A stretch of DNA of 49,330 nt from an uncultured archaeon (GTDB lineage: Archaea; Altiarchaeota; Altiarchaeia; IMC4; QMZM01): NCBI GenBank assembly GCA_964592095.1, contig CAZQER010000001.1:1-49330 (forward strand), written 5' to 3'. The notes under the pieces are model-generated. The model searched no databases. It had not been told where the DNA came from and was given only the letters and a program-made list of their open reading frames with translations. The position numbers were made by a program, and so were the translations under genes. Each line of letters begins with the position of its first letter. The stretch's first letter is position 1. Of the stretch, positions 9,268 through 18,637 are shown piece after piece.

Positions 9268-9303
9268 ACTATATTTTTACTGAAAATCTTATAAAATATC
9301 AAA

Positions 9304-10656
9304 ATGCACGATTTGGTGGTAATAGGGGGTGGTGGTGCGGGATTAACAGCGGCACTCACTGCAAAGAAATTAAACTGGGAAGCCAATATAACATTAATTT
9401 CCAATACAGATGTCTATTATTCTCCGTGTGCACTTCCATTTGTTATAAGTGGCGAAATCCCTCATTTTGATAATATAATTCATAACCTAAAAAACCTGTG
9501 TGAGGAGATACATATAAATTGTGTGATAGACACTGCTGTTGAAATAGACATCAATAGGAATATTGTAAAAACAGAGAGTGGTAAGGAGTTTGGATATAAA
9601 TCACTGATAATTGCAACGGGAGGAATACCCCGCACACTAAATATTGAGGGAAGTAAACTTGATGGCATCTTTACATTACAAAAAATAGAGGATGCGAAAA
9701 GGATTCTTGAAAGGGCAAAACATTCCAAAAGGGTTGCGGTCATTGGAGGGGGGGCAATTGGAGTGGAAATAGCATCTGCTTTGAAAAAGATATGTCTAGA
9801 GGTTACGCTTATTGAGAAATGTGATCACTTATTTCCCGGTTCCTTTGATACAGATTTCTCGGATATTATAAGAAATGTCCTGCGGGATGAAGGTATAACA
9901 ATTATTACAGGAAGGTCTGTGGATAAATTTGTAGGTGATGACTATGTTGAGGGAGTGTTGATAGGGAATTATAAAATTTCGGTAGATATGGTTGTTTTGG
10001 GTGTTGGTTTAAAACCAAATGCCGTGCTTGCAGAAAGGGCAGGTATAAAGACGGTCAATGGAGCAATACAGGTTGATGGATGGATGCAAACAAATGTTAA
10101 GGGAGTCTATGCTGCGGGAGATTGCATTTTCACCAAATCGCTGGTAACTGGAAGACCCACACTGTCCCAACTAGGAACATCTGCAATAAGACAGGGCAGG
10201 GTTGCGGGAACAAATGCTGTAGGAGGTTATGCAACAATTGAGGGGGTTTTGAATTCAATGATACTTAAAATTTTTGACTTAGAAATGGGGAGAACGGGTT
10301 TGACAGAAAAAGAGGCAAAGGAATCGGGTATTGAAATCATTACGGGAAGGATTAAAACAACTACGAAGGCTCCATATTTCCCTGGTGCTGAGGACATTTT
10401 TGTAAAACTTGTTTTCAATAAACTTAACAGAAAACTCATTGGAGCACAGATAGTTGGTGGTGGTGAGGGGGTGGCAGATAAAATAGATTTATGTGCCTTT
10501 GCTATCCAGAATTATTCCACCATGGATGATTTAATGAAATTAAAATATTGCTATACTCCTCCCCTGACTCCAATAAATAATGCCATAGTGGATGCCGCTG
10601 AAAATGCATACAGAAAGCTGGCAAGATTAAAAGAGATTAGGAGAAAAAGCTTCTGA
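9304..10656 (+). CDS. CoA-disulfide reductase / NADH oxidase family flavoprotein (single redox Cys)
   Basis: VVIGGGGAGLTAA FAD motif, YYSPCALPF active-site Cys context, VAVIGGGAIGVE NAD(P)H motif and AAGDC. Confidence 0.85.
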   Translation: MHDLVVIGGGGAGLTAALTAKKLNWEANITLISNTDVYYSPCALPFVISGEIPHFDNIIHNLKNLCEEIHINCVIDTAVEIDINRNIVKTESGKEFGYKSLIIATGGIPRTLNIEGSKLDGIFTLQKIEDAKRILERAKHSKRVAVIGGGAIGVEIASALKKICLEVTLIEKCDHLFPGSFDTDFSDIIRNVLRDEGITIITGRSVDKFVGDDYVEGVLIGNYKISVDMVVLGVGLKPNAVLAERAGIKTVNGAIQVDGWMQTNVKGVYAAGDCIFTKSLVTGRPTLSQLGTSAIRQGRVAGTNAVGGYATIEGVLNSMILKIFDLEMGRTGLTEKEAKESGIEIITGRIKTTTKAPYFPGAEDIFVKLVFNKLNRKLIGAQIVGGGEGVADKIDLCAFAIQNYSTMDDLMKLKYCYTPPLTPINNAIVDAAENAYRKLARLKEIRRKSF

Positions 10657-10659
10657 TAT

Positions 10660-11826
10660 TTAAGATCTGAAAATGTCTTGGAATATGTTGATTAGAAATT
10701 CAAGAATCTCCTGAAGTATATCCTTCTTCGTTTCATGCGTTCTTTTAATGCATCTGTTATTTGAGCAGAGATTGCTAATACATTGATAGTTATTTTTACA
10801 TAAAGACCCGTCCTTCAATTGTGGTTTTATAATTCCAGTAGAACTACAATATGTGGAATTAATTCTGGTACCGTAAGGGATACATCTCTCATCCAGTATA
10901 CAGCCATAACATGCGGTGGAGGATGTTGATGTTGATATTGTTGATATTGTTGTTAATGTCAGTATTGTGGTTGAGGATGTTGTGGTAACTGTCTCAATAG
11001 TTATACATTTCCCGTTTTTACATATCCCGTCTTCACATTTTGTTGCAACTATGGTGCATTTCTTGTTTATACATGCGTATTCAACAATTTTATCATTTAT
11101 ACAGATATCGATATGTTGACCATTATTATCACTACATACCCCCCTTATTTTGGTATTATTTCCTCTATCGGTATCATAGCAAATCTGTGGTTCGGTAGTC
11201 AGGATTTCCGCATATGATATTGATTTGGACCGATACGCATCAATAGCCTTTATCTCAATGCCGTCAACAATTCCACTGGAACCCATACTTATCTCTCTTT
11301 TTAAAAAACCTTTATCGGGTCTCATAATGCTCAATACTATCTTCTTTATATTACATCCGGTGCCATATACCAAATGGTCTACCTTGAATTTATAGTTTCT
11401 ATATCCCGGGGTGTAGCCCATGCTCGTTATTGTTATTGCACCCTCTGTTTCATTTTCTGCTTCACTTGCATTTCTAATTTCAAATTCCACATAATCAACA
11501 TTATCTCTCCTGTATGCTCTTATAAATCTCATACCAAAATTATCAAATTTGATTACTTTATCAGAATCTATTTTCTTTATATCCATTGTATTATTTGGCG
11601 TATAAATGCCTATCAGTGCTGAATTTATCCTGCAATCCTCCCCGGATTCTATAAGTGCATCAACCTTGAATCTGTAACCATTATATGTTGAGTTGAATGA
11701 TTTACTATCTGCTACTATATCTACAGCATTGGTTACATTGCTTATCATGGATAGAATTAAGGATATGATCAATAACCTGCCAAATGACGATAAAAAATAT
11801 AATTCATTTCTGTTCTTCCACTTCAT
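10660..11826 (-). CDS. secreted protein with duplicated beta-rich module, Thr/Ser linker and Cys-rich C-terminal region
   Basis: N-terminal signal/TM (LLIISLILSMISNVTNA). aa 47-117 and aa 139-208 are an internal duplication (YRFKVDALIESGEDC / YKFKVDHLVYGTGC). Linker TVTTTSSTTILTLTTISTISTSTSST. There are more than 20 Cys. Confidence 0.6.
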   Translation of the reverse strand: MKWKNRNELYFLSSFGRLLIISLILSMISNVTNAVDIVADSKSFNSTYNGYRFKVDALIESGEDCRINSALIGIYTPNNTMDIKKIDSDKVIKFDNFGMRFIRAYRRDNVDYVEFEIRNASEAENETEGAITITSMGYTPGYRNYKFKVDHLVYGTGCNIKKIVLSIMRPDKGFLKREISMGSSGIVDGIEIKAIDAYRSKSISYAEILTTEPQICYDTDRGNNTKIRGVCSDNNGQHIDICINDKIVEYACINKKCTIVATKCEDGICKNGKCITIETVTTTSSTTILTLTTISTISTSTSSTACYGCILDERCIPYGTRINSTYCSSTGIIKPQLKDGSLCKNNYQCISNLCSNNRCIKRTHETKKDILQEILEFLINIFQDIFRS

Positions 11827-11853
11827 TTTATTTTTGTTACCCTATTTGCATAA

Positions 11854-12810
11854 TCATGTATTTATAGTGAAGATTTTTTTGAACAGATTTCTACAATCCT
11901 CCTTTTTATTGGCACATATTAAATCCTCTGATTTGAATTTTTTCTTTGCGTTACTGATATGGTTGTCTGTTGCAATGTCCACCTTGTTTATTGCCGTATA
12001 TATATCCAAATGGATATTCTCCTTTATCTCGGATAACAATCTGTATTGCTTTTCAAGGTCCTGAAGAGGGTCAATTAAGAATAAAACCTTATCTGCCAAT
12101 TCATTTATTGCAAGTATTGCCTTCATCTCTGTTTTATTTCTTTTTTCCATGGACCTATCCAAAAGTCCGGGTGTATCTATTATCTGATATCTCCGATACC
12201 CTATATTCGTATGTCCTATAAGAATCTCCGTGGTGGTAAAAGGATAGCATGCAACCCTTATTTTAGACCCCGTGAGATTCCTCGTAAATGTGCTTTTACC
12301 AACGTTGGGATAACCGGCAATTACCAGTGTTGGAATATCCTCTACTACCGGAAATGACCTTAGAATTTCTCTAATCTCTATAAGTTCGTTGAGTGATGAT
12401 GAAATCTTTTTGATGAGTGTTGAAATTCTACCGAGATACCTACGGGATGCGTTAGTGTCAAGATTCGTTTTTATTTCTTTTACAGTTTCCCTTCTTAATT
12501 TTTTACATACTCTTAATGCTCCATTGACCGCACCAATAGATTTTTTGTATTTGTTTTTATCTATCTTCAGATCAAAAAGGGTCTGATAAAACGGAGTCAG
12601 TTGTTCATAACTTGGAAATTTCTTTACTATACTGTTTAATTTGTGCTCAATTATATTACCGATCGTATTTACCCTTACAATTTCAGACCTTATAAGCCTA
12701 TTGTGTCTTTGTCCCTTTACAGAACGGGTACTCTTTGCTTTTTTAGAACCCCTTCTAAATGCCTTATCTATAAGTTCATTAGAATTTGGAACATGTGGGA
12801 GAGAGAACAT
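11854..12810 (-). CDS. nog1: NOG1-family GTP-binding protein
   Basis: IAGYPNVGKSTF (G1), DTPGLL (G3) and NKVD (G4), with a NOG1-like N-terminal region. Confidence 0.88.
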   Translation of the reverse strand: MFSLPHVPNSNELIDKAFRRGSKKAKSTRSVKGQRHNRLIRSEIVRVNTIGNIIEHKLNSIVKKFPSYEQLTPFYQTLFDLKIDKNKYKKSIGAVNGALRVCKKLRRETVKEIKTNLDTNASRRYLGRISTLIKKISSSLNELIEIREILRSFPVVEDIPTLVIAGYPNVGKSTFTRNLTGSKIRVACYPFTTTEILIGHTNIGYRRYQIIDTPGLLDRSMEKRNKTEMKAILAINELADKVLFLIDPLQDLEKQYRLLSEIKENIHLDIYTAINKVDIATDNHISNAKKKFKSEDLICANKKEDCRNLFKKIFTINT

Positions 12811-12841
12811 AATATAGATTATTTGGAATGAATAATTTTAA

Positions 12842-13534
12842 CTAACGGAGATTTTTTATTGGAATGTCGGTCTCTTTTTTTAGTTCTTCAATGAGTTTTT
12901 TTCCAATTTCCAATTTCTGAAGTTTTTTCTTTTTATTATATCTGTGGGAATATCTTCCTATTTTGTTGCCAAAATCCATACCACTGAGAAGAATTTCTCT
13001 GGCTTTGAAATTGACTGCGAGAAAAACACATCTATCACCATCGGTAAATCCTCCAAAGTTTTGTAGACGCCCTATAGGTTCTATTTGAGTTGTTCCTATT
13101 ATATTTCTAAGTTTTGGCAGTGTTCTCTTTAAAATATTTATATTATCCCCATGAGCATGGACTATTGTTAAAGAACCCATGATATTTGCCCTTAGGATAT
13201 CTCTCAATCTTCCATCAAGGTCGGTAACGAGTATATCTGGTAATATTTCCTCCTCCAATAATGCGGTAATAGAACCATCGGCGGCAATGAATGTGTGTTT
13301 GCTATGGAGTTTGTTTTCCTTTACAAACAGAACGCCCTTTCTAAGCGATGGTCCGGCCCCAAATACGATAACTGATTTATTATTTATTAGTCTATTCAAT
13401 CTGTGTATCAATTTATCTATATTAATATCCTGTTTTTCTATAAATCTATTTAGGATAACTGTTGCCTCTCTGTCATCATTCCTATCAATATCTAACTTTT
13501 CTGCAATTTCATCGTATTTCTTTTTCCAGTCCAT
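12842..13534 (-). CDS. mptE: 6-hydroxymethyl-7,8-dihydropterin pyrophosphokinase, MptE-like (DUF115)
   Basis: [21 protein letters not shown] and HAHGDN match the MptE/DUF115 pattern. Confidence 0.75.
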   Translation of the reverse strand: MDWKKKYDEIAEKLDIDRNDDREATVILNRFIEKQDINIDKLIHRLNRLINNKSVIVFGAGPSLRKGVLFVKENKLHSKHTFIAADGSITALLEEEILPDILVTDLDGRLRDILRANIMGSLTIVHAHGDNINILKRTLPKLRNIIGTTQIEPIGRLQNFGGFTDGDRCVFLAVNFKAREILLSGMDFGNKIGRYSHRYNKKKKLQKLEIGKKLIEELKKETDIPIKNLR

Positions 13535-13606
13535 ATTAATAATAGATATTGGAAGAAATTAGATGGAAGAAATTATAAAAAGCAATTAATGGAGGTAGTG
13601 ATGGAA

Positions 13607-14488
13607 ATGAAAACAGGTACTGATTTACTTAAGAAAGGTTTTGCAAAAATGGTGAAGAGCGGTGTGATTATGGATGTCACAAATGCTGAGCAGGCAAGAA
13701 TTGCGGAGGATGCTGGAGCAGTTGCAGTAATGGCACTTGAGAGGGTTCCGGCAGATATTAGAGCATCCGGGGGCGTTGCCAGAATGGCGGACCCATTAAA
13801 AATTCTAGAGATTATGGATGCCGTTACCATTCCGGTAATGGCGAAGGTGAGAATAGGGCATTTTGTGGAGGCTCAGATTTTACAGGAGCTGGGTGTTGAC
13901 ATGATAGACGAATCTGAGGTACTAACACCTGCAGATGAACAAAACCATATAGACAAAAGGGAGTTTAAAATACCGTTTGTGTGCGGCGCAAGAAACCTTG
14001 GAGAGGCTCTGAGAAGAATAGCAGAAGGGGCTGCAATGATAAGAACGAAGGGCGAGGCTGGAACGGGGAATATAGTTGAGGCTGTGAGGCATATACGCCT
14101 AATAACAGATGAAATCAAAAGGGTTCAACATCTTAATAAAGATGAACTATTTGATTATGCAAACAAGATTAATGTGCCTGTAGATATAGTAAAGGATGTA
14201 AAAAGATTGGGCAGATTACCTGTTGTAAACTTTGCAGCGGGAGGAATTGCAACACCGGCCGATGCTGCCTTGATGATGCAATTGGGTGCTGATGGAAATT
14301 TCGTGGGTTCGGGCATCTTTAAATCGGAGAATCCAGAGAAGAGGGCAAAGGCAATTGTAAAAGCAACTGCTCATTATGATGATCCAGAGATACTCGTTGA
14401 GGTTTCCAAGGGATTAACAGGTGCGATGAAGGGTATAGATATCAGAATACTTGATGAAAAGGAACTGCTTCAGACAAGAGGGGTATAA
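13607..14488 (+). CDS. pdxS: pyridoxal 5'-phosphate synthase lyase subunit PdxS
   Basis: [52 protein letters not shown] is near-identical in pattern to archaeal PdxS. GGAGGT lies at 13592-13597. In-frame ATGs at 13589 and 13601 are alternatives. Confidence 0.95.
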   Translation: MKTGTDLLKKGFAKMVKSGVIMDVTNAEQARIAEDAGAVAVMALERVPADIRASGGVARMADPLKILEIMDAVTIPVMAKVRIGHFVEAQILQELGVDMIDESEVLTPADEQNHIDKREFKIPFVCGARNLGEALRRIAEGAAMIRTKGEAGTGNIVEAVRHIRLITDEIKRVQHLNKDELFDYANKINVPVDIVKDVKRLGRLPVVNFAAGGIATPADAALMMQLGADGNFVGSGIFKSENPEKRAKAIVKATAHYDDPEILVEVSKGLTGAMKGIDIRILDEKELLQTRGV

Positions 14489-14500
14489 TGAATATAAAAA

Positions 14501-15073
14501 ATGTTTATTGTTATTGAGGGCATAGATGGGTGTGGAAAAACAACACAAGCAAGATTTATTTACGAATGGCTTATTGAACAAGGAAGAGATGTATTTTTGA
14601 CTGCAGAACCAAGTAAAAACAGAATAGGTTTATTTATAAGGGAGATACTTTCAGGTTCTGAAAGGGTTAACCCAGAGACATTAGCATTGTTATTTACTGC
14701 AGATAGGAGCGAACACCTTACGAGAGAGGTAAAACCCGCACTGAATGAGGGTAAGATTGTAGTAATGGAGAGGTATGTTAACTCAACAATCGCATATCAA
14801 ACAGCCCAAGGGATCAGAAAGGAATGGATTGTAAAGTTAAATGAATTTGCAATAAAGCCAGATTTGACCATATTCATAGATTTAAAACCAGAGATAGCCG
14901 TGGAGAGAATAGAAATACAATCAAGGGAAATGTTTGAAAACAGGGAATTTCAGGAGAAGGTATATAAGGAATACCTAAATTTAAAAGATATGGTAAGAAT
15001 AGATGGGAATGGGAGCAAGAAGGATATATTTAATAATATCAAGGATAAGATTATGGAATTGAACCTACTCTGA
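14501..15073 (+). CDS. tmk: thymidylate kinase
   Basis: FIVIEGIDGCGKTTQ P-loop, and DRY replaced by ERY (MERYVNS). Confidence 0.88.
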   Translation: MFIVIEGIDGCGKTTQARFIYEWLIEQGRDVFLTAEPSKNRIGLFIREILSGSERVNPETLALLFTADRSEHLTREVKPALNEGKIVVMERYVNSTIAYQTAQGIRKEWIVKLNEFAIKPDLTIFIDLKPEIAVERIEIQSREMFENREFQEKVYKEYLNLKDMVRIDGNGSKKDIFNNIKDKIMELNLL

Positions 15074-15082
15074 ACCCGTTCT

Positions 15083-16108
15083 TCATTCTGGGGATATAAT
15101 AGAGGAATCCCTTACTCTGACATCAAACCCAAATTTTCTGACTACCTCAATATTTGTCCTGCAATGTTCGGTAATATCTGAAACCCCAATCTTCCCCCCT
15201 GCCAATGCAAGATATGGTACTATCTGGTCAGCCATGTACCTATCCAATGCCATGTTGGTTTTTAGTTCCTCCACAAGTTTTTTTCCCGCCTCCATGCCAA
15301 CAATTTCGGCTCTTTTTCCCCTCTCACCGAGTGAACTTGAACCTATCACAGAATTTTCGGTCCTGGCATAAAGAAGGATTCCCGAACCATATGATAATGT
15401 ATTGACATATTCCCCCTTTATTTCAATCTTCCCCTTATAGTTTTCATTTTTTAATAAATAATTATATATAACAGAACGAGCACCTTTGATCTGTCTAAGC
15501 GCAACCATCGCATTTTCCAAATCCTTATGGGCATGGGATATACCTCTCACAGAAACTATCTCTCCTCTATTTTTAAGAACAATCTTATCCAATTCTGATG
15601 GTTTTATCCTAACCAAAATTCTACCACCTCCCTTTGGATAATATCCCCTGCGGATGAGTTCAATATCTGCATTATAATTAAATCTTCTGAGTATTGGCAG
15701 TGTTACAAATCTGAGATAATCAATTGGAGGGCTGTATCTGACATCTGTTCCCCCCTTCAAGGTAATTATTACTTCATTTGGGGCATAGATGGCTGGAATC
15801 ATAAGTGCCTGTAGGACAAGTGTTAAAGAACCGGCAGTTCCAACATCTATATTTATCCTTTTACCTTTAATCTTCATGGGCGAAAATGTTATCTCCTTAG
15901 AGCCCATTTCAACACCAGTAGTATCTGCTTTGCATAACTGACTAACTGCCTTTATTGCTGCTATATGCTGATATCCCAGACCGGGATTCTGTCTTTTTGC
16001 TCTAATATTGAAGATTCTAATCTTCCTTCCCGTTACCGCACTTAATGCAATAGATGTCCTTAGAATCTGACCACCACCCTCGCCAATGGAACCATCTATG
16101 TGTATCAT
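15083..16108 (-). CDS. rtcA: RNA 3'-terminal phosphate cyclase
   Basis: MIHIDGSIGEGGGQILRTSIALSA and the catalytic-His region YQHIAA. The ORF-track start at 16123 is TTG, whereas ATG 16108 matches homologue N-termini. Confidence 0.9.
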   Translation of the reverse strand: MIHIDGSIGEGGGQILRTSIALSAVTGRKIRIFNIRAKRQNPGLGYQHIAAIKAVSQLCKADTTGVEMGSKEITFSPMKIKGKRINIDVGTAGSLTLVLQALMIPAIYAPNEVIITLKGGTDVRYSPPIDYLRFVTLPILRRFNYNADIELIRRGYYPKGGGRILVRIKPSELDKIVLKNRGEIVSVRGISHAHKDLENAMVALRQIKGARSVIYNYLLKNENYKGKIEIKGEYVNTLSYGSGILLYARTENSVIGSSSLGERGKRAEIVGMEAGKKLVEELKTNMALDRYMADQIVPYLALAGGKIGVSDITEHCRTNIEVVRKFGFDVRVRDSSIISPE

Positions 16109-16163
16109 TTTTACATCTAACAATATTTCAATATGTCAATCTAATTTAATTAATATACTTAAA

Positions 16164-16997
16164 ATGGGTCAAAAGATAGAGTTAGAGATTTCAGATAAAC
16201 TTTTGAATAAGATTGATTCCATGATAGATGGATATAAAATAAAAAATAGACAACGAGCAATTGAGTTAATCCTCAATAGGGCACTTGTAGCTGAGAGAAT
16301 TAAAAAGGCTGTGATTCTCGCAGGTGGCAAAGGAACAAGAATGCGGCCCCTAACATATGAGATACCGAAGCCCTTAATTCCTGTGCAGGGAAAGCCGTTG
16401 GTGCAACACATTTTGGATTTGCTTGCAAAATATAATATAAGAGATATCATATTCTCCATAGGATATCTGGGAGATAAGATAAAGGAATATTTTGGTAATG
16501 GTCATAAATTTGGATTTGACATTACATATGTGGAAGAGGAGAATGAACTGGGAACGGCAGGTCCATTAAATCTTATGAGAGATAGACTCTCAGAGCCATT
16601 TGTTATGTTTAATGGTGATATCTTAGTGAACATTGATCTGTTTGATTTCATTATGTTTCACACAAAGGAGGGTGGATTAGCAACAATAGCACTGAAACCT
16701 GTGAAGGACCCGTCAAGATATGGAGTGGTGCATTTAAAGGGTAATCAAATCGTGGAATTTATAGAAAAACCGGATAAAACAATAAGATATGGGCTTATCA
16801 ATGCAGGTGTTTATGTAATGGAACCGGATGTTATAGACTATATTCCGGAAGGAGAAGCCATGATTGAGCAGGATGTATTTCCAAAACTTGCAAATGAGGG
16901 GAAATTGTATGGTTATCCATTTGATGGTCAATGGTTTGATACGGGAACCCATGAATCGTACGAGAGGGCAATAAAGGAATGGAAGGGTATAAAATGA
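16164..16997 (+). CDS. sugar-1-phosphate nucleotidyltransferase with N-terminal ribbon-helix-helix-like extension
   Basis: ILAGGKGTRMRPLTYEIPKPLIPV plus a GT-A body. The first 45 aa, MGQKIELEISDKLLNKIDSMIDGYKIKNRQRAIELILNRAL, have a strand-helix-helix pattern. I prefer the ATG 16164 start over 16086. Confidence 0.8.
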   Translation: MGQKIELEISDKLLNKIDSMIDGYKIKNRQRAIELILNRALVAERIKKAVILAGGKGTRMRPLTYEIPKPLIPVQGKPLVQHILDLLAKYNIRDIIFSIGYLGDKIKEYFGNGHKFGFDITYVEEENELGTAGPLNLMRDRLSEPFVMFNGDILVNIDLFDFIMFHTKEGGLATIALKPVKDPSRYGVVHLKGNQIVEFIEKPDKTIRYGLINAGVYVMEPDVIDYIPEGEAMIEQDVFPKLANEGKLYGYPFDGQWFDTGTHESYERAIKEWKGIK

Positions 16998-17024
16998 TTG
17001 ATATCGATAATATCAATACAAACA

Positions 17025-17945
17025 TCAATGCAAATTAATTACTCCTTCAGCTATATTTGATATATACTCCCCTATTTTTGTAAAACCTTTATGTATCAGT
17101 ATTGACCTGTCATTTATATCGCATAATACTTCTCCACCTTTAACTATCAAGTCCTCTGCCCCTCTTATCACCTCATCAGCCATTTCAAGATGTCCAGAAC
17201 GCAGTGAGAGCATTACTTTTCCATATAATTCAATTAATGGTTCATAGATATTCATATTCTTGGACATACCACTAAATTTCTCATCCTTGTTCTCTAATAG
17301 GATATGGCATATATCCTCAATGTGGTCCGATATCCTTTCAATACCGCTGACTATTTGTATCCATGCAATAATATCTGAACTGCAGGTATCTGATAATTGT
17401 CTCAGTATCAAGAAGTAGAATTTATCTATTTCGTTATTCCCTTCTATAATCGACCTGAGAAGATTATTATCAAGGTGATTGGGATTTCTGATTCCGTCTA
17501 TGATGTCCCTAAGTGATAAAAAGGACATTTCATGCATCCTGCTGATGGTTGAAATTAAATCAATACCTTCCTGCATAAGCATCTTGAACATTATTTCCCT
17601 TGATGTCTCACCAAAGGGTTCCATACCTATAAGTAGATTTGATGTATCCTTCAGGCATTTCCTCTTTTCGGGTTCAATAAAATTTTCTGATTTAAATGTG
17701 ATGATATCATAACCTTTTATATATCTTGTGATAAGCAATCTGGATAGGAAATCTGCATCCCTGTCCTTTACATCTATCTCTATGAATTTATCTTTTTTAT
17801 CCCTTGGTTTTATTAATATTCCGTCCCCCTCTTCCTCTATTAATAGCGTATCGCCCTTGCTTATATTATTCTTTCTAACCCATTTTTTTGGTAGGGAGAT
17901 GATGTAGGTTGATTCCCCTGTTATTTGAATCCTTCTGTAATCCAT
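17025..17945 (-). CDS. AbrB/SpoVT-domain plus PhoU-domain regulator (archaeal PhoU-like)
   Basis: N-terminus ITGESTYIISLPKKWVRKNNISKGDTLLIEEEGDGILIKP (swapped-hairpin domain), followed by two PhoU-like helical repeats (ERISDHIEDI, GEYISNIAE). Confidence 0.8.
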   Translation of the reverse strand: MDYRRIQITGESTYIISLPKKWVRKNNISKGDTLLIEEEGDGILIKPRDKKDKFIEIDVKDRDADFLSRLLITRYIKGYDIITFKSENFIEPEKRKCLKDTSNLLIGMEPFGETSREIMFKMLMQEGIDLISTISRMHEMSFLSLRDIIDGIRNPNHLDNNLLRSIIEGNNEIDKFYFLILRQLSDTCSSDIIAWIQIVSGIERISDHIEDICHILLENKDEKFSGMSKNMNIYEPLIELYGKVMLSLRSGHLEMADEVIRGAEDLIVKGGEVLCDINDRSILIHKGFTKIGEYISNIAEGVINLH

Positions 17946-18078
17946 TTTAGATACTCTGTTTGGATTATATTTAGAGTATATAGATTATACAAAAAATATT
18001 TATATGATTTTGTATTTATAAAGAGGAAATTATATATACATCGATATTATTAAAATTATTAAAATCCAATATGTAGAT

Positions 18079-18636
18079 ATGATAAAACTCAGGGTTAGGG
18101 ATATTAAAGAATTAAAATCAAAAATAGGAAAAAACAATTTACTTATAACCTGTAGTATGTGCCCCTACTGGAATTATAATAGAGAGGAGATAGATAATAT
18201 TGCAAATAAACTTAATGCAGGTATATTCTCTATAAATAAAATCTGTGAAAGGGAGAAGATTTCGGTTGATGTATCGGATTACGATTCAATTCTGGTTTTT
18301 AGTTGTGGTGCAGGTGTCCAGATAATATCTGAGATCATAAACAGAAATGCAATACCTGTAGCAGATACCGCGGGTATAGGGGTAAGATTCAATAAGATTA
18401 TAAAGGACTATTGTAAAGCCTGTGGAAGCTGCGTCTTGGATAAAACAGCAAGCATTTGTCCGATTACGAGATGTCCAAAAGGACTACTCAATGGTCCATG
18501 CAATGATGTCTGGAGAGGTATATGTAGGATTAATAACCAACCATGTGTCTGGGTTTTGATATTTGAGAGGATAAAGAGATTTAACAACCTAAATAAATTT
18601 TTAGAACCAAACATGCCATTAGTGGCTAAAATGTAA
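18079..18636 (+). CDS. MTHFR C-terminal-domain (MetV-like) Cys-rich protein
   Basis: CKACGSCVLDKTASICPITRCPKGLLNGPCNDVWRGICRINNQPCVWVLIFERI matches the MTHFR_C/MetV pattern. The stop lies 1 nt before the metF start. Confidence 0.75.
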   Translation: MIKLRVRDIKELKSKIGKNNLLITCSMCPYWNYNREEIDNIANKLNAGIFSINKICEREKISVDVSDYDSILVFSCGAGVQIISEIINRNAIPVADTAGIGVRFNKIIKDYCKACGSCVLDKTASICPITRCPKGLLNGPCNDVWRGICRINNQPCVWVLIFERIKRFNNLNKFLEPNMPLVAKM

Positions 18637-18637
18637 A

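Noticed and set aside
8068-9404. Minus-strand ORFs 8068-8505 (145 aa) and 9027-9404 (125 aa)
   Set aside because: They are antisense to well-supported genes (COG1900-CBS/NIL-ferredoxin, and COG2122/CoADR start), and their composition is hydrophobic and low-complexity.
10916-11119. Val/Asp-rich plus-strand ORF (and the similar one at 39465-39698)
   Set aside because: It is the antisense reading of the ACx/TCx-rich Thr/Ser linker DNA of the secreted-protein genes.
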